A stretch of DNA of 53,143 bases from Octopus bimaculoides (Eukaryota). The notes beneath the pieces are model-generated. The model saw only the letters and a list, made by a program, of their open reading frames with translations. It ran no database searches and was not told the origin of the DNA. This document shows positions 11,288 through 24,665 of the stretch, in pieces. Every line of letters begins with the position of its first letter. The first letter of the stretch is position 1. Where the stretch lies: contig NC_068990.1 in the NCBI RefSeq assembly GCF_001194135.2, forward strand, positions 69,225,378 through 69,278,520. The letters are read 5' to 3'. A program made the position numbers and the translations under genes.

Positions 11288-11793
11288 TGTAGCCGCCGCC
11301 ATTGTTCAATCGAGTTCCTTTCAGTTCCTGGTCTTGCTTTTCTAAAGGGCTCCCGGCATGTTCTATCGCATTAACGCTGGCCTCTCTCACACAAGAAAAT
11401 CCTTCTTCCACGTGCGCCGATAGTATAGACCAAAATCAATGCCGTTATCTTTCGCACTCTTCTAGAAACACTTCATTCAAGTCTTCTTTCTATGTATACA
11501 AAGCACAACTAATGTCTTCACGCATTCATGCATTTACTGCTAACACGCCAGAGACATCTCACACGAAGACAGTTGTTGACGTCTGTCTGCCACACACTGT
11601 ATCAACAACTACCGTCGTCGACATTGTCATCTTCAACCAACAACCATGGAATCAACTCGACGTGAGAACAACTCTTGTTATACTAATAACAGCGGACTAC
11701 GTTAAGCTGGTATCCACAAGCCGCCATACTGGTGACATTCAGCGAACCATCATATTAATACAGCAAACCATCCCTTTGTTAAACTTCTTTATT
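11288..11793 (-). mobile_element. LTR-like non-coding element interrupted by a SINE
   Basis: Minus-strand end reads aatggcggcggctaca next to a TA run; CpG-rich; no coding homology. Confidence 0.35.
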
Positions 11794-12010
11794 AAGGCGG
11801 TGAGGTAACAGACAAGTCAGCACGCTAAGCAAAATGCTCAGTGGCATTTCGTCCATCTTACGTCCAGAGTTCAAATTCTGCCCAGATCGACTTTGCCTTT
11901 CATCCCTTTCAGGGTCAATAAAATGAGTACAGGAGGAGCATTGATGTTAATGTAATGGACAAGTTTTCTCCCAAAAGAGTTTCAGGACTTGTGCCTATAG
12001 AAGAAACGAA
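11794..12010 (+). mobile_element. tRNA-derived SINE (diverged copy of the 5060 family)
   Basis: aaggcggtgag...gagttcaaattc...gactttgcctttcatcc...ggccttgtgcc-like tail. Confidence 0.85.
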
Positions 12011-12049
12011 GATTAAACTTCTTACTTATAAATTTGTAGTTAATACACT

Positions 12050-12250
12050 TTTATTCTTTTACATGTTTCAGTCATTTGACTGCGGCCATGCTGGAGCACC
12101 GCCTAAAATGGTTTTAGTCGAAGAAGTCTTTGTAAGCCTCGTACTTATTCTATCGTTTCTTTTTGCCGAACCGCTAGTTTACGGGGCCTTGAACACACCA
12201 ACATCGATATTTAAGCGATGGTGAGGAGAACAAACACAGACACACACATA
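12050..12250 (-). mobile_element. SINE of a second family (3' half)
   Basis: tgtttcagtcatttgactgcggccatgctggagcaccgcc terminus, also seen at ~980-1005 and ~32905-32935. Confidence 0.75.
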
Positions 12251-12366
12251 AATATATATGTAGTGGTTTCATGCAGGCATAGCGTGGATTCGATCCTCGA
12301 TCGCCAAATTTCACTTAACAGTTCAACAGCACTTTTCTCACGGTAAAATAATAGTTTTTCTGTGAG

Positions 12367-13019
12367 TGACAGCAGTTACATTTGCCGGATGCCTTTGCTA
12401 AGCAGAATAATGTCTTTGCCACTTGACCCTTCTAACCTCTTCTAGGCCACCAAAAGCTAGAATAGAGATAATAGGTATCACCAACGAAATCTATTGTTCT
12501 CAACAATATGTCTCTCTTTCTGACTAGTCTTCGATAGTTATAAAAACAAGTGCTCCGTAAGCCAAAGTCAGTTGGTGGGAACTGAGCCTGGCTGACCGGC
12601 TGAACAAAACGCCGTCTGTGAAAGAAAGGGTACAAAGGGACAACTAAGGTAACTCACTAACGAAGCAGTGGTTTTGCCCCACCACTCTCACTTTCACTAA
12701 CTCACTTTCTTTTCTCTGTAACATTACCATATCTCACTCTATATACTACTATGAGAACGTGTATACACATACCGGCCGAAATTAACTATTTTTACCCTGC
12801 ATGCTTTTCCATTTACTAGTTATACATACCAACCCGTCGTGGTTTTGGATTTAGACAAAGTAACGGTAAATAAATATCTCTTTACAACTTCAATCACTGG
12901 TCTTCTTTCATCTTTCCCATTTTACAACATGCCGTTACAATTGGTGACTCTCGACTGCAGCGAATACCAACCATTACAAATTGGTGACCACTGACTACCA
13001 CCTTAACAGTAACTGTCAC
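12367..13019 (+). mobile_element. LTR-like element with short terminal inverted repeats and PBS-like motifs
   Basis: Termini gtgacagcagttac ... gtaactgtcac(a); AATAAA at ~12870; two ttaca(a)attggtgac motifs at ~12935-12990. Confidence 0.6.
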
Positions 13020-13805
13020 ATATATATTTTCTTAAGAGATCATGGGCCAACAGGTTTTGGGGATCTGAAGATACGCCATATTGCCATGCCAGAGCCTATG
13101 GCCTTGTCATATTAATTTAAAATTATATGAGCAATGGTGCGGAATTCAACTTAGTCACGGGATCCACAAACTTTAGAAAAGCCCTGATCCATCTCTTCTC
13201 CTCGTCACAACACGCACACAAAGATCAATTGCCGTAGTACCACACTACAAGATTATGATTATCTTCCGTCGGTGTCGATGATGACTGTTCTAGTTGTTCG
13301 ATTAACAAAACTCGCAATTCATTATATTTTAGTGTGGGAAGCTGACAAACAATATAATATTCAGGACTCCGTCGGTGACAAGGCTACATTTTTGTTTTGT
13401 TTTTTTATTACAGATCCAATCCATCTGAGGCTACCCACAGTCTCTGTTACTCAATTTCTCTCGCATAGTTTGCATTAATCCCACAGTGATGATACTCAGC
13501 TGGATCGAACCGAAGATTCATGATATTCGAAACGAACTTATAAAATCTTTCAACTCTGTCTGTGCAACCAATTACAACATTGAACCACTTGTCATAACAA
13601 TGGACGACTATTTCCTTTCTGGTGATGTAGGCCAGTGCAAACTGTCTCAACAATTTCCTGTGAAAGGAGATGAAAATGAAAATATTTATATAATTTAAAT
13701 GGTATTTCTGTACTGGAATGGTTTTGTTTAGTTTTTGTCTTGTCTGTCCACGTACATCAAACCATATCCTGTCTGTGATGATAATATTCATAAAACTAAT
13801 GCTGA

Positions 13806-14016
<211 letters not shown>

Positions 14017-14419
14017 TGATTAGAGTGATAGTAAGAAATAAAACAGCATTGACATTGCTACTACTACTACTATCAATGCTGTTTTGACAAGTAGTAGTAG
14101 CGGTAGCAGTGAAGGCGGCGGCGGCGGTGGTAGTAGTATTGGATTGCTTCTGCGGTGATGTAGAATGAGAACTACGATGCTGGCCTAACATTTTTGCAAT
14201 GAAGAGTTATCCCCCTTGCATCATGAAGATTTCAACTCTACTAGTCATACAAATATTTTAGTTTCCAAGCTGTTATTTAATACATTTCGTTACTTCACTT
14301 CCTCATTTTACCATTCTTATCCATCCAAATTTATCGCTCTTCTTTCATATTACTGTAAGATACCTTTTATATCATCAGAACTGACTCCTCTGTCACTATA
14401 CTCAGTCTATGTTGAGTAA

Positions 14420-14570
14420 TTGACAGAATCGTTACAGCGTCGGATAAAATAATACTTCATACAATTTCTTCCGATATTTTACGTTCTGAGTTCAATTCTT
14501 GATGAAATCAACTTTGCTGTTCCTCCTTCCGGGTTCGATAAAATAAAGTATCAGTCACGACTGACCTCTC
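14420..14570 (+). mobile_element. Diverged SINE
   Basis: ttctgagttcaatt...caactttgctgttcctcc...gataaaataaagtatcag core. Confidence 0.7.
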
Positions 14571-14619
14571 CTCCCTCTCCCATGCATCGTTTTAAGCCAC
14601 ACAAACTCTAACAATATGG

Positions 14620-14757
14620 TTAAGTTCGCTTTGCCGTCGTATGGGTTTAGGTTCAGTCCCTTTGTGCGGCACCTTGGATAAGTATCTTCTGCTATAGCCA
14701 CAGGCCAACCAATATGTTATGAATTAATTTAAAGGATGGAAACTGTGTGAAGGCCTA

Positions 14758-14790
<33 letters not shown>

Positions 14791-14795
14791 TGTGT

Positions 14796-14867
<72 letters not shown>

Positions 14868-15210
14868 CAGAGACAGAGATGTGTGTGTGTGTTTGCTCCC
14901 ATCCCCACATTGATAATCAGAGTTGGTTTGTTTACATCCCTGTAAATTTGCAGTGGTATTGAACCCAGAACCATATGTGGTTGGGAAGCAAACATACAGC
15001 AACACCTGCACCTATCTATTTATGTTTTTATGTACGTACGTAATTCATCGGATTTATCAGCAAAACGTAGCTAACAGAATAAGCACCCGTCTTAAAATGT
15101 AAGTACCGAGGTGGATTTGTCTGACTAAACCCCCTTCAAGGAGGTGCCCTAGAATCCCAGACTCATTGCACTCCAGTGGCTGAAACAGGTAGTAAAAGAT
15201 TAAAGATAAA
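14620..15210 (+). mobile_element. tRNA-derived SINE of the second family with internal (TG)n/(GATA)n expansion
   Basis: ggttcagtccc..ggcaccttgg head, ggaaactgtgtgaaggcc, tail caaggaggtgccc..ggctgaaac..aaagataaa. Confidence 0.7.
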
Positions 15211-15669
15211 GCACTTTTTTTTTTTTAAGTAGTAAACTATTTTAACAGGTGAGAAATGTTTGTAATTAATATGTAATTTAGTCATTAGTAACCATCACCA
15301 CAATATAAAAGTGACTAATTGTGTAGGTGTTGCAGATGTATAATGAGGGTGGATCGTTTAGAGATAAAAATATAATTAAGACGGGTAATGAATAAGGTTC
15401 GAGAAAGATGGAATCGGTATATTCGAATTAAATGCAGCTGATGAATTCAAGTGTTGGGAGGAGATGTTTGTTTGTTTTTGTGGGTGATTAAAGTAAAGTT
15501 GATAAATCTGAAATATTAGATGTTGAGTGGGTGATAAGATTAATAGAGGGAAATATATGGAGCCATGAAAATGTAATCTAAGACTGAAAAATGTGTAAAT
15601 GGGTAAAGTAAAACTGCAAGAAGAAATACTTGACAGGATAAATCCGGTGAATTACATACATGCATAAAA

Positions 15670-16165
15670 GCATAGTTAGATAGGCACAGGTGTTGCTTCC
15701 CAACTGCTTGGTTCTGGATTCAATCCCACTGCATGGCACCTTGGGCAAGTGTCTTCTACTATAGCCTCGGGCCAACCAAAGCCTTGTGAGTGGATTTGGT
15801 AGAGTGGATATATGCATATATGTGCATGTCTTTGTATCTTTGCTTGTCCTCACCACTGCTTCGCAACTGGTGCTGGTGTGCTTATATTTCCATAACTTAG
15901 AAGTTGAGCAAAAGAGTGTATACATATATATGCATATATATATATACACATATCATCATCAACATCATTACCATCATTTAACATCCTTAGTTCTATGTTA
16001 GACAGTTTGACATTGACAAGAATAGATGAGCCACAAGGCTCCAAAAATTTGTACGTCTGCTTTGGCAGGGTTTCTACACTCTGGATGCCCTTCCTAGCAT
16101 CAACCACTTAACGGAGTGTGTTGGGTGCTTATTATGTGAAGTTGCCAGTACCCGCAAGGTAAGAC
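15670..16165. mobile_element. SINE (+, ~15670-15905) followed by RTE-type 3' tail (-, ~15955-16165)
   Basis: ggattcaatcccactgcatggcaccttgggcaagtg head; ctggatgcccttcctagcatcaacc is the reverse complement of the RTE tail seen at 34090. Confidence 0.7.
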
Positions 16166-16559
16166 CAATCACCTGAGCCAAGTATAGACCGGAGGAATAA
16201 AAATTATCATAGAAGAGAAGCAGATGTTTTGCTGAAGAGGAGTATACATGGCTTGCCCACCTGGAAAGTAAGAGAGAGAGATGTGAGGTGCAGGTACAAC
16301 GTGAATATAAGACTGAAAAAAATAGAAGTGCAGAAAAGGTGGATGTGTAGGTAAGTACATTGAGTGAAAATAGTGTGACAGATGATTAGAGATAGGGAAT
16401 GAGTTGGATGCAGAGGATATCAGATCAGTGTAAGGGGAAGTGAAGAAAATAGGATAACATAGAAGGGTGGTGAAAGGGTGGTGGAAGGGTGGTGGCAGAT
16501 GATGAGGGGAAAGGCTTGACAAAGCCTCGATTCTGCTGAGATGAACATGCCTTTTCAAG

Positions 16560-17400
16560 CACAGCATGTTGCTACTCATCTCTGTCACCCATCACCTCCT
16601 CTGAGAGGCTCAACATCTTGGGGTCAGTGTTCATAACTTCAACCCGCAATTTCCTAGGTCTACCTCTTCCACAAGTTCCTTTCATGCTTAGCAATTGGCA
16701 CTTCTTTATACAGCTAACTTTATCCATCTACATCTCATGGACAATACCAGTGCAGCCTTCTCTCCTGCATACCACATCTGATACCTCATATGCCCAGTTT
16801 TTCTCTCAATGCATTTGTATTTTGTCATACATGCACACTAACATTGCATTCATAGGAGCATGCTAGTTTCATTTATTTTTTTCTCTTCAAATGTCCTCTG
16901 CATTCACAACCATGTAGCATGGCTGTTCATACACAGGTATCATACAATCTGCTGTTCATTCTGAGAGAGGCCATTTGTTACCAACAGAAGTTAAAATTTC
17001 CTGAACTTTTTCCAAGCAAATTTATAGTCTAGCAGCTATATTTTCAGAGCCTCTTCCTCTGCTGCTAATCAGGCCACCTAGATAACAGAAACTATCTTCT
17101 ACTTCTATGGAGCCTCCTAGACATTTCAGAATACATATATTTCCCATATGCTCTTGTTATTTATTACTCCTGAACATCAGTCACAAACAAATTCTACTTT
17201 CTCAGTTAACCTACCTTTCATTCCACTGCACCTTTTATGTACTCATAATTTGCACTGAGCACACCATGGAATTTCTACCTACACCTACTCTACATAAGGA
17301 ACAGGGTCATTTGCCCAAAGGGATTAGTATTCTATCTGTTTTCCTGCTAATTAGAACTTTCATCTTTGTTAAGTTAACTTTAACACTTTATCATTTAAAC
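16560..17400 (-). mobile_element. Old RTE LINE 3' fragment
   Basis: Reverse complement aligns by eye with the 46200-46930 RTE region (gatagtttctgttatctaggtg, gaacagccatgctacatgg). Confidence 0.75.
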
Positions 17401-17639
17401 TGACCAGATCCAGCCCAAATATTCCACCTGTTTTATGCTCAAACTGTCAAGATTTGGCCTCTTACGCCAACCCTACAATATTATTCTAAAACATACAATC
17501 ACATCATTTAAATTTCAAAGCTACAATATAACGCCTCATTAATTCAAAACAATGTGAATAAATAAGCATTGCATTTAACAGAATAATCTGAATGCTAAAG
17601 GGCTAAGACACCTTGATTCCAGGTTTTCCAGACAGACAG

Positions 17640-19725
17640 ATAACTTTCTTTATTAGCCACACAGGGCTCGACACAGAGGGGACAATACAATGTAGAGTTT
17701 TTCTTTCCAAGGGGGGAAAAAAAAAGGAAGGCAACAATCAAAAGGGCTCAAAAAGTCGAAATAGTACAAAAAACAAATTCCCAAAAGTGGGGAGGTTTAT
17801 CCATGGAAAGAAAAACCTACGAAAAGACCATGGTAACCTCAGGCAAAAAATGCAAATGTTGTACATTAGAGTAAAGTATTCTCTTTCTCTTTGGTTCATA
17901 GGACTATGCTCAAAGTGGCACCGTCATTCACACATGCCATCCTTGCTACATTCACCCATCTTTTTGTGAAACATTCATTAGACAAAACTTCCCTCTCTAT
18001 TCTCACCTTCTTTTTCAAAAGTGTTTGTTTCTAGGCCTTTCAAACGCTTCCACCATACACATTCTTTCACCATAGCCACTAGTACAATGAAAACAGCTCT
18101 TCCTTCCCATTTCAAAGAAAGAGACAGAGCAATATTAACAATAGACTTGGCTGATAAACCAACTCATCCCACACACGACAACAGTTGTTCGACATAAGCC
18201 CACAGGTCGGAAATGGTTTGACACTGCATGAGTGCATGCCGAACAGTTTCGTCACTCTGACCGCATCTCAGACAGGTCAGCCCGGTGTCTCTAGAGCCAT
18301 GCCTGTAGAGCTTATCTCGAACAGGTAGTGCTTTTAGACAGCACTGCCAGGCCAGGGATCTCTGGAAGTTGTCCATAGGTCCTAGCCCAAAAGTTGTCCT
18401 GAACAGGCGGGTCAGGTATTCCTTGTTGACGCCCAGGTTCTCCCCAAGGTTGTTGTCATACCTCCCCTCCACTCATCTTCCATAGAATGCTTTTGTGGTA
18501 TTGCAGTCGTGCAAGTTTGATCCAGGATGGCAGAGTTGTTTGAGGGCAATGCAACACTTACAGTGCCATTCACCCTTCCTCAGCCTCTTTTTGATCCACG
18601 ATTGCAATTCGGCCAAAGAGACGAGCTGCAGGAAAGTGTGCCCCACAGACAGTGACCAGACCTGTTCACCGTAGTCTATGAAGCGCCGGAGATGTCACAG
18701 TCTCAGCGCATGTCTGCACATCATTAATTACGGCATGCCCAGCCTTCCTTTTAGCGGGTGTTGGCAGCGAACGGATTGCCTGACCATCGGAATGTTTCCT
18801 TTCCACAAGAATCGAAGGAGGATGCATTCCAGTTTGGTGATGGCAGGTTTGGGACAAGGCACGATGGTCAGGTAGTAGTAGATGATGGACATGATGTATG
18901 CGTTCACCACCTCCGCCCGACCTTTTAGGGATAGCTTCCTCTCGGCCAATTGCTGGGTGAGAGTGGCCACCCTACTCATTATCTCATCCCAGTTCTTCTC
19001 CATTTGGAGTTCCAAACTGAATCAGACCTTGAGCAATTTAACTGGTCCGTCAGTCCAGCATCCCACAATGGAGACACGGTTGGATGGCATGGGCTTGCTT
19101 CTCCAGGTGCTGATCTGCAAGCCCACTGACTTTTCCCGGTTAATTTTCGCTCCTGTTACCACTTCATATTCTTTTAGTGTCTCACCGACCAGGCCAATAT
19201 GGCCTTGGCTAGACACTATGACGGTGACGTCATCTGCATATGCAGACATACTTGTCCCACATCCCAATTCTCGCTGGATGCCCCTTAGTGTCACCAGCTT
19301 CCGCAATAGTGGCTCAAGAGTCAATACGTACTGAAGTGACGAGAGGGGGCATCCCTGATGGACCAAGCGCGCAATGTCAAACAGTCTGGATAGATGCCCA
19401 TTCACGTGAATTACTGAATGGATGCCGCTGTATAAGGCAGCAATCCAGCCAAAGAAATGGGACTGAAACCAGCCACTATAAGGACAGCCTCCAAGTATCA
19501 ATGGTCTACCCTATCTAAAGCTTTCGATTGATCCAAATTGATCAGCTCCCCACCAATGCCAGGTTCTTTAACTACCCTGTCTATGATGTAGCGCATGAGG
19601 TGGAGATTGTCATGGATGCTCCAGCCTGGCATGGCGCATGTTTGTGCCTTGTCGACCAGTTTCTCAATGACAAGCACCAACCTCCCTATTAACACTTTGG
19701 CCAAAATTTTCAAATCTGCATAAGT
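17640..19725 (-). mobile_element. L1/Tx1-clade LINE ORF2 3' half (RT plus CCHC zinc knuckle), frameshifted and 5'-truncated
   Basis: KILAKVL, LDQSKALDRVDH, QGCPLS, SAYADDVTV, KALPVRDKL...CLRCGQSDETVRHALMQC across ORFs 19498-19713, 19022-19501, 18728-19015, 18164-18472. Confidence 0.93.
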
Positions 19726-20487
19726 AGAGTGATGGGCCTAAAGTTATCTATTATGTTCCCCTTGTTTGGATTTTTCTTTAGCAGTGTTAAAGCTCCTTGG
19801 CTCACNNNNNNNNNNNNNNNNNNNNNNNNNNNNNNNNNNNNNNNNNNNNNNNNNNNNNNNNNNNNNNNNNNNNNNNNNNNNNNNNNNNNNNNNNNNNNNN
19901 NNNNNNNNNNNNNNNNNNNNNNNNNNNNNNNNNNNNNNNNNNNNNNNNNNNNNNNNNNNNNNNNNNNNNNNNNNNNNNNNNNNNNNNNNNNNNNNNNNNN
20001 NNNNNNNNNNNNNNNNNNNNNNNNNNNNNNNNNNNNNNNNNNNNNNNNNNNNNNNNNNNNNNNNNNNNNNNNNNNNNNNNNNNNNNNNNNNNNNNNNNNN
20101 NNNNNNNNNNNNNNNNNNNNNNNNNNNNNNNNNNNNNNNNNNNNNNNNNNNNNNNNNNNNNNNNNNNNNNNNNNNNNNNNNNNNNNNNNNNNNNNNNNNN
20201 NNNNNNNNNNNNNNNNNNNNNNNNNNNNNNNNNNNNNNNNNNNNNNNNNNNNNNNNNNNNNNNNNNNNNNNNNNNNNNNNNNNNNNNNNNNNNNNNNNNN
20301 NNNNNNNNNNNNNNNNNNNNNNNNNNNNNNNNNNNNNNNNNNNNNNNNNNNNNNNNNNNNNNNNNNNNNNNNNNNNNNNNNNNNNNNNNNNNNNNNNNNN
20401 NNNNNNNNNNNNNNNNNNNNNNNNNNNNNNNNNNNNNNNNNNNNNNNNNNNNNNNNNNNNNNNNNNNNNNNNNNNNNNNNNNNNNNN

Positions 20488-20562
<75 letters not shown>

Positions 20563-20584
20563 GGATAGATAGATAGATAGATGG

Positions 20585-20615
<31 letters not shown>

Positions 20616-22274
20616 GATAGATAGATAGATAGAAACACACCCATATGAGTGTGTTTATATAGAGCGATGCTTGATCCAATAATGAATGTGATCAATGCTT
20701 GTTTAGTCTAGTTAATGGTTTGCAGCTTTTAGGCCAACCATTCCATAAATATCTTACTTGAAGTAGATGCATTCCAGAAGTATGACAATTGCTATTGTGT
20801 CCGGGCATGTGCCTTTTCACATGTGTGTAAGCTTGTTACACGATTGGCAAGCTTACGCTTACATTCTCTTTGGTGGGAATGGTCTATTATTAGCTGGCTT
20901 TGTTCCATATAGCCTTGAGCGCTTAATAAGACAAGCTCAATTACAGTTTAAACATTTTCACAGACTTTTAATGTCCGTGGAGTGTTTCTCTTTTGTGCAT
21001 CTCATTTTAATTTTGCCTTTAATCTCTTCATGATTCTCTTTGAAATCCTTGGATACATTCAGTATATACATGTGACAGCATATAAGACAAACTATTTTTT
21101 CCAAAAAGTTGTCTCAAAAGTCACCCCCAGTCCCAATAAGAAAAGCTGGGTCAATACATGTTACATGCCAATATTACATGCACTAAAACTTCTCTCTTGA
21201 ATATGTACTGTCAAAATTGGAATACATCTAATATACTTATCTCTTTACAAACAAACAATCAATATTCCTTGTGAACTAACCTTGCTTCCTGGATTCTTAT
21301 TCCAAGAACTGAAAACTTAGCCTAGGTTTTACTATGAGTTCCTTCCTGTTGTTCTTGGGGCATTGGCACTTAAAAATTTCACTGTCAACTATGACACTTA
21401 GTTAAGTATTATTTTTTTAAATTAACTTTGTTAGTTGGATACAATTTAACAGAGAGAAACCCATTTACTTTCCATTGTTCTCTGAGATACATCTAGCTTT
21501 TCAGCATGCATAAAATATAATACACAAACTCAATTCTATCTCTTTTGCCTGGCACCTGCTCAAAGTGGTCCTTCAGTAATGACTTGTCACTACAGGACAA
21601 TACCACTTTCACCTTCTTTACTTATCAACACAGAGAGATAAATTATTTTACTCTTTCTCACTTCATCCATCCATCTTCTAGCAGTCACTTATAGCTTAAC
21701 TTAACTACCTACAAAATGGATAACAGAACTGCAAATGATCTTATATTGTAATGGTAAAATAAAGGCTACATCAACTAATATTTTTCTCCTGTCATTTATT
21801 TGGTGTATATAATCGTTACTTGCTCATGTGTCTTTCATGCCAACAAATAGAGCATGTGTTTCCATGTTTCTCTGCCAATTAAGTTTGATCCCAGCCTTAT
21901 ACTTGAATATATACATTTTCAAATCAAATTAAAGACAGTCTTTATATCTTAACTTTGGCTCATGTTGAAGGGAGTGGAGTCATATCTCCCAATACAAAGT
22001 TCTCTGTAGGTCATTTTGGAATACTTCCATGTTTTAACCAAACTACATAGCCTGGCAGCCTCAGTCTACTACAATTGTCGAAAACTCTAAATACTTAACC
22101 TTACATGTAGTCTGTCCAAGATGCATGCAAAATTTGTCAAAGACACTTTTATTAAAAAGTTTCTACTGTTAAACATATTTGGAAATATTTGTCGTTGTCG
22201 TTATCATCATCATCATCATCATCGTCATCATCATCATCATCATTATCATTATCATCATCTGTTTTTGTGGTAAT

Positions 22275-22521
22275 GTAATTTGTTACGTACAATACATAAG
22301 ATAACCAGACAACAGTGAAAACAATGTAACGAACTAACTTATCTCTTTACAAACCAACAATAAATATTCCTTGTGAACTAACCTTGCGACTTCACTGTGA
22401 GCTAACTCGAACTTCACTCGACTCTGAACTCTGAACCTATGAACTCACTCGGATCGTTACTATTTATACTTTACGCAGACCAGTCTATCTCTCACAAGAG
22501 GGCGTCATAACTCTCATCACA
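22275..22521 (-). mobile_element. 3' LTR of the Gypsy element
   Basis: Minus strand begins TGTGATGAGAG right after purine tract AAAAGCAGAGA (PPT-like), TATA-like agtataaatag; downstream of the integrase. Confidence 0.65.
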
Positions 22522-24470
22522 TCTCTGCTTTTGAAATTTTGACTACTGTGAGAAAGTGGAATCTCTTTTATTTTTCTTCTTTCCAGCCACCTCTCCCTCA
22601 TTTTTTTTTTCTAACTGTTGTATCTTAATTGTTTCCCAACTTTAAAGGTAGAATTGTTTGTTGCACACAGCACTTTCGTTTTTCATTGTACTAAGCACTC
22701 TTGTTAGCATTATTTCTTTCTTTTTTTTTTTTTTGGAAAATTTAATATCTTTTTTGTTTATGTATTACTTCCACATATTCATTCTGCTTTCGTTTTCTGA
22801 AGCTAGTTCTACGGGGTTCAATATCTCTCGGTGCTGGTACTTCAAACGTATCATAGAAGACTTCCATTGGTATTACCCTTCGTTCTTCTGTATGTCTCAT
22901 CTTTAACTGGTTAAGGTGTCTCTTATGTTCTGAACATAGTCCTTTAATTAAATACATCATGTTACCTAATCTTTCGATTATACAACCATCCTCCCAACTT
23001 ACTTTACCATTTTTGTAATTTATAAGATGAACTTGATCTCCTAGTTCAAAATGTTTTGTAATATTGCTTGTATTTCCTTCAAATGTATTCTTTGTCTTTC
23101 CTTTATATGTATTTTTTCCTGACAATAATTTATCAAAGATCGATTTTATTTTATGTGCAAACATTAACTCTGCTGGTGACTTTCCTGAATTAGTATTTGA
23201 ATTTGGCATTATTCTATATATTCTGAAAAATTTCATTAGTGCCTCGTTATTATCTAACTTGTTACTAGCTTTTATTAGAGCTCTTTTGAACATGTCGACA
23301 AATCTTTCCACCTGCCCATTTGACCTCAGGTTGTAGGCTGGCGTAAAGATGTGCTTTATTACATGTATTTTGCAGAAATTACTTAATTCATATCCCATGA
23401 ATTGTTTTCCATTATCTGAAACTAACATGTCTGGAATACCATATCAAGCAAATAACTCAAGTAGGAACTTTATTTGTTGTCTTTGCTGTGGGTTTATTAC
23501 ATCTGCATACCTCTGGCTATTTTGTATAGCTATCCACAATGATTAGATAGTATGCCCCATTCTCTAGTCCAGTGTAGTCAATATGTATCCTGGACCATGG
23601 GTTCTCAGTCGGAGCTGCCCATTTTGTGTAATCCACTTTTTCAATGATTTCATTTTCTCCAATCTGTCCAGCTCATTGTCCACTTGCTTTATTGCTGCAA
23701 AAGTCACTTTCTTATTAGGCTTGAATACAGGGGTAACATTATCATCTAATTCAAAATACACTTCAGTCTTTGTACATAGACCTAGTTTGTCCAAGAGTAC
23801 TTGCAGAAAAATTTTAAAAATTTTCTCTTTAACTCTTCAGATGGATTATTTTTAGAGGGATAACCACTTATGTTTTTACAATAGAGATTTATGGGGAGGT
23901 CCCATAAATCAAATAATTCTGACTAATTGGTACCAAATAGATCGGTTGCATTTTTAACAATAAAGACTTTTGCCTTGCATGTTCTCCTCCGAAATTTGAC
24001 ATTCGTCCACATTTTGTCTATGAAATGCACTTTGTCACCAGTCACGCCACAAGCAGATTTTTGCTGTTTTTCTCAACTTAGGTTTCCTATTTTCTTCCAT
24101 GTGTTCCTGTTTATTATTGAAATATCACTTCCAGTATCCAATTGAAATTTAATATGTATTCAATTCATTTTTACATGTATGAATTTTTTTATTTGGGAGT
24201 CATTTTTTGTTTCTGCTGAGAACACTCAAAGATTTTTAATATTTGACCTTTGTAATTTTGTTCTACAGTGTGAACTCTTGTGACCAATTCTTTTGCAACT
24301 GTAGCATTTTTTATTTCTAAATGAAAAGTCTTTTCTGAAATTTATACCCCGACATCCATAACATGGATTAGGATGTGACAATCTGTTTTGGCTGTACTTC
24401 TCCAGTCAGCATATCTGTATATTTGAGGAATCCTTTTCTTGAATTTTTTCTACATCGTGTTTCAGGTTTA
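22522..24470 (-). mobile_element. Ty3/Gypsy retrotransposon remnant: gag zinc knuckle, protease, RT N-terminus, integrase, with large internal deletions
   Basis: CYSCKRIGHKSSHC knuckle (~24265-24310), FQLDTGSDIS protease (~24125-24150), VTPVFKPNKKVTFAAIKQVDNELDRLE, LVSDNGKQF...SNGQVERFV integrase. Confidence 0.92.
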
Positions 24471-24665
24471 CCATCCTATGGGACCATAGCCAGTGCTGTA
24501 TAACTAGCCCATTTAAGAGTATCCTTCAATCATTGGACAATTAACTATGCTTGCGAAGACCTGTTAAAGCTAGTGAAATCACTGTTGTGGCCAAAGACAG
24601 TAACACCTGATTGGCACCCATGCCAGTAGAACATTAAAAGCACCATTTGAGTGTGATTGCTGCTA

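Noticed and set aside
11302-11808. 168-aa ORF on the plus strand
   Set aside because: No recognisable motif; lies inside an LTR-like unit and runs into a SINE
19729-20695. Long ORFs over N-runs (also ~4409-4653, 30716-31351, 33075-33196, 35774-36477, 40483-40623)
   Set aside because: X-filled translations of assembly gaps and (GATA)n/(TA)n, not coding evidence
20760-21060. Possible Tc1-like transposase N-terminus (IELVLLSAQG) on the minus strand
   Set aside because: Short match with several stops; cannot be supported without an HMM search
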